Assembly: GCA_051294375.1 (NCBI GenBank)
Contig: CM119267.1
Span: forward strand, 8,339,403-8,398,427
Direction: 5' to 3'
DNA: 59,025 bases
Source of the DNA: Paraspadella gotoi
Lineage: Eukaryota; Animalia; Chaetognatha
The position numbers and the translations under genes are program-made. The notes under the pieces were generated by a model. It was not told the origin of the DNA, did not search any database, and saw only the letters and a list, made by a program, of their open reading frames with translations. Positions 54,116-59,025 of this stretch are shown here, piece by piece (within the stretch, counting starts at the first letter, position 1; every line of letters starts with the position of its first letter).

Positions 54116-57100
54116 AAGACTGGATTAAATTATAGGAAATAAATTAGAGCTAAATATTGAGATTAAAATTAAGTTTAAGGAATAGGAATCTAAATGGGGC
54201 GCTCTCGGAAAATAGAGCCGAAAAGGAGTTGATCGAAGTGATGGAAAGAGGAATGAGGAAGTGGATGGGAGTGATTGTGAACGGTGGTTAGGGTGGGGAG
54301 GGTGGAGGAGACGGTGGGGGGGTGGAGGAGAGGTGGGGGAGATGGCAGGAAGAGGAAGAAAAGGAGGAAGTAGATCCGAAACGAAAGGAATTCATATAGG
54401 AATGAGTGGTTCTCCTCTTCTCTCATCGTCCTCTCTCTCTCTCTCTCTCTCTCTCTCATCTCTCTCGNNNNNNNNNNNNNNNNNNNNNNNNNGATATGAG
54501 TAGTCATCGGACGCTAGCTGCGCAGAAGATGAGGAAGTAAGACTCTGCGATGGTGGTGATCGATAGTGCTGAGGTCAGTAGCGAGTGAGTAAGTGAGATA
54601 GCGCGATATATATATCTGTGCGACTGGATGATTGTATACAGTGCTGCAGCGTGAGTCGTCGACATGTGGCAGAGTCAGCATGACGTTGACGATAGAGAGA
54701 TATAGCAAATAGAGATCCGTATACCTGTGACGGAACCACCGGACAGAACGCGACGCGACCGCACAGTCGATCTCGAGTGCATCCGATTATAAGATACGAG
54801 CAGTGATAAGTCGATTGCATTAGTATGTGCATATATGTGAAATCGAGTGTTCTCGTCTCCTCTCTCTTCTCTCTCTCTCTCTCTCTCTCTCGTCTCCTCT
54901 CTCTCTCTTCTTTTCTCGCTCTCTCTCCTTTTTTGAGGATGGAGAGGTGAGAATGAGATTCAGGGGTGAGTTTGCCGGTGGGGATGAGGTGCGGGGGTAA
55001 GGTCGCGTCGTGAATCGATCAACGGCTTTTAATCGATTCTCCTTGGAAAACGAATTTCTTCCCGAACTCAAGATCAACTTAGAATTTTTCAAAGAAACTG
55101 GATTGGGCACGAATTTTAGATCAAAGTCGTAAATCGCACCTGGTCAACGATAACAGGGAAGGGGCTAAGAATCGAGGGCCTCCGCCAATTAAAATTTGAA
55201 AATTCGAGGAATAACTTTTGAGGAAAAATATTGATGAAATTCTAAACTCTCTTTTCTCTCGGTCCTCTCTACTCTTCCTCTCTCTCCGCATCTACACTCT
55301 CGTTATTCGGTCTCTATCCTCTCTCTTTTACCTCCGGCTCTCGATCTCGATATTCGTCTCAGTCTCTCTCTCTTTCTCTGTCCTCTCTTCGGGCCTCTCT
55401 CACACGAGCCATCGGGATCGAGCGAAGCCGCGGGGCGCGAAAACTTTTTTTCTTCTCTCTTTTCACCTCCGTTCCACTATGATTATGTTATCCTTAGGGT
55501 AAAGAAAATTTCGACCAGCCCGCGATAAGAAAATAAACTCTAATCATCGAAATATTAGTATTGAAGGTTATTTTTAACAATCTTATATTACGTCATGAGG
55601 TGTGTTTAACCGAGGCTCACTCGATTAATCCTCCATCCACGCCTCGTCCTCTTGCCTCACCTACCGAAGGCTCCGCGCCTAGTCCAGACCGGAAGCGCGA
55701 CCCACACAATGAAAATGCCACTTAAATCTCCCCGGAGGCTTAAAACTTGAGGCGACGATAAGAAAGATTTATATCCCTTTTTTCATTCATTTTAAATTTC
55801 GAATTAATTTTTTTCTCTTTCTCCAAATCCTCAAACATTCCTCAGAAAGCGAGAGAGGCGAGAGCTTTCGCGCGATTAGATTTCTCGAGGCGAATGCGAA
55901 CCGTTTCACCGAATCGGAATTTAACGAAGGTAAGGAAATTCTATTTAAAGTTTTGAACAAATGAAAGGGACTTTTATCAAAACGTTCCAGGATAAAACGA
56001 AGCCAAGAAATGAAATGCGTCGCGAACGAAGAGGTAAAAGTTTTTTTTCCTGTTTTTATCGTTTTGGTCTCGAGTGTCATGACATCATGACATTATTAGG
56101 AGAGCGAGTGGGACAGAGATAGGGAGAGAGATAAAGAAAGACTTTTCTCCTTCTGCCCTGAAACACGTAAAACGATTCGTTAAAATTTATTCATTCATTT
56201 CTTCCTCTTTTTTGGGGAGGAAGAGATTTATTTTTACTGTGGGAAATCCACTTTTGACGACGACTAGAATTAAGACGATATTGATGACGACGACGACGAC
56301 GACGACAACGATGTGTGTAAACGTTTTACATTTCACTTATCTTTGAAAGTCACGCCTCGAAAACCTTTTAAAATTAATCAATTAAAAGGATCGGAACGAA
56401 TAAAAAAAAAAAGAACGTAAAAAAGGAGAGAAAAAAAAATTTATTAACAAAAAGTAAAAAATCAAAGAGTAAAACCGCAAAAAGGAGCCATTGAAATTGT
56501 AAACTGATATAGAATAAAAAGAAATTTTAAAAGCTAACCGTCTTTTATTTGAATTATGTAATGCCCTGTCCCCCCCCTTCCATAAAAAAGATCTTTGGTC
56601 CCCACTTTTTAGATCGACCATTCACTCGAGGCATCAATCATTTCGTGGCATAACCCAGGAACCACTTCTTCAACCGTTTTAGCTCCACCCGCCACCCGCC
56701 ACCTTCCCATCTCGCCATGCTCACCCTTCACTCTCTCTCACTGCACTGTTTAATTTTCATGAGAGCTGGGTTAGTGCGACATCGATAACCAATTATCCGC
56801 CTCGCCGGGTTATTCACCGGAATTATTTTCCACAATTTCTTTTTTACGTGGGAATGATAGATCGGTCGAAAAATATCGAAGCATTCCACGCAGTTTTTTT
56901 TTTTTTTTTTTTTTTATAAAGGTAAGCTATTTACTAGCTATTTTCAAATCGTTATAAATTAGAAATCCTCTCTGTTTGTAATCAATGACGTTCATTATCG
57001 CCAGGGCAGGGAGACTCGTACTTTCTCCATCTCTTGAGAGTAATCTCCTTCGATATCAAACTCGACAACTCATACGACAACGAGTTTTAGTTTATTTTGA

Positions 57101-57971
57101 ATTCCCCGGATCAGATTAGATTTGTCGTTTGGCAGAAAATTTGTTCTTCGTGCGTCAAATCTGCGTCAGCACGCGTCAGCATACGTCATGGCGGAGTTCA
57201 GAGACCGGGTAAAAAAGAGGGGTGTTGTGCTTTTGTTATGAGCTCGGTATTTATTTTTTTTAGCGAATTTGAGAAAACACAGATTACTGAGTGACACTTA
57301 TATGTTATATAATAGTCTCAAGAAGCCGTTTTACATCAGCAAACTCTTAAAATTAAATTTAAGTCATGTAGTGTAACTAAAAGTAAAGTATAGTCGTATT
57401 CAGATATAGAATTAAAAGTAAAAAGTGATAATTAAATAATTTAACGAGTAAATCTTTTATTTTAGCGGTTAATAGTTAATAGCGAAGAAGACCAAATTAG
57501 GAGAAAAACATTCGCTCTTCAAAAAAAAAAAAAAAACAACAACAAAAATTTATCTTTACTTTGTGAAATAATAAGATATAAAATATAAAAATATAAAAAT
57601 AGATTCAAAACGAAACTTCTACAAGTCGGCAACTGAGCGACATCAAGCCGCAAATCCGTTCCGAGATCCCCGGTTAGAATAAAAAAAAAAAATTGAGGGA
57701 ACAAAACAAGAAAAGCTGAGATCTAAAGGAAAAACCGCGAAACTAAAAGGAGGAGAAAACTTCTTGGAATTCTTTTTTTTTTACCTAAGAAAAAAGGGAA
57801 AGGAAAAAAAATGGAAAAAGGGGACGAAATAAAAATGATGAGAGAGAGAAAATGGAGAGAATGAATTTAAAAAAAAAAGGATACAAAATGAAAAAGGACA
57901 AACAGGGAAAAAAAGGTGAAGGGCTAAGATCAAAGATTTTCTCGCCCTCTCTCTATTCCGCTGCCTCTCTA

Positions 57972-58070
<99 letters not shown>

Positions 58071-58393
58071 GTAAAAATGGAAACAATATACATGTATGAA
58101 GCCGTTGCACGACTCGAACTTGGTTGACACAGCTGGTTTTTTTTTTTAATCACAAAGTGGAGGGGAAACTCTCAATGAGTGAAAAATAGAGTAGATCTCC
58201 GAACCGTGAACATGTAAATTCTCTTTCACGGCAGCGGGGAAAAAAGTTTTTATTTCAAAAAGGGATCATCTTCTTGAAGATTTATTTTTGAAAAGGAAAC
58301 GCCGAGGCGTCCGCCTATCCACTTTGCCTTTTCTACTATCTCCCTCCTTTCTTTCTCACTCATATATTTTATTCGTGTCTAAATTGCCGCTAA

Positions 58394-58447
<54 letters not shown>

Positions 58448-59025
58448 TCTCTCTCTCTCTTTCTCTCTCTTCTCTCTCTCTCCTACTCTCTCTCTTCCCC
58501 CGCTCTTCCTCAATTTCTGTTTAAATGGGAGTTCTATTTTTCTTCTTGCCTCTCTGTTCGACGCTTAACCCTTTTAAAGAATTAGGGGATCTGTTCAGCC
58601 TCCCGGGAAAACTTTGAACGCAATCAAAACTTCACCTAAATTCGAGGTTTTTTTTTTTTTTTTTTTAAGTTTTTTAAGTTGGTGGCAAGATCAAGAAAAA
58701 TATCAAGCCGTCTTGTTTGGGGCAAGAGAACGAGCTCAACCTTGATCCTTCAACTTGTATAAATGTAAAATAACAAAACATTTTTTTGAGAAAATTACTA
58801 TTGAAACCACAATGATCGATAAAAACTATATAAAGTATAGAAAAAAAGTAAATATTCTTCCAAATATACTTTAAAGAAAAAAATATACTGTCAACTGTAA
58901 AGTACAAAGAAATTTCAAAAATGAACTAAAAATCTTTCGATTTCTTTTAGCTTTCTCGTTATAAATTATAGATTTAAATATTTTTTTTAACAATCCAACT
59001 TGTGTTTGTCCCTAGTCTCAGTCTC

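Noticed and set aside
54250-54370. Proline-rich minus-strand stretch upstream of the FH2 exons as FH1
   Set aside because: No sustained poly-Pro frame (the most Pro-rich frame hits TAA), no clear splice sites, and no following FH2 start motif.
57110-57182. Minus-strand peptide ADLTHEEQIFCQ resembling the FH2 'E.LFCQ' motif
   Set aside because: Stops close on both sides, no upstream conserved Trp motifs and no suitable donor. Probably chance.

Overview
Eukaryotic (animal, probably invertebrate) draft-assembly sequence: AT-rich, full of (GA)n/(TC)n microsatellites, with 14 N-gaps. None of the supplied ORFs looks like a real gene. Reading the minus strand by hand gives two small exons of an inverted-formin (FHDC1/form3/INF-type) FH2 domain, 32082-32021 and 22910-22805. 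They have canonical splice sites, join in phase, and encode INLLDSKRSLNVNIFLKQFR-S-THHDVLIQRLVDGDSEEIGAEKLRSLLKILPEPEE. Most of the window is therefore probably intronic. The best candidate for new biology is a 254-bp non-coding mobile element at 24824-25077. It has TGT...ATA inverted ends, an exact 4-bp target-site duplication (ATAC), a tRNA-derived A-box plus T-arm/B-box, and a structured 3' core shared with a second, diverged copy at 13421-13693. This fits a solo LTR of a tRNA-containing, Helenus-like non-autonomous LTR retroelement. Over 20 kb of the window is redundant (a 4.9-kb tandem pair, an insertion-inflated copy, and four 6-kb-scale units). The indel-only noise, six exactly-25-N gaps and an error-laden 2020-bp block repeated identically three times point to long-read gap-filling artefacts rather than real duplication. 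All alignments were done by eye.
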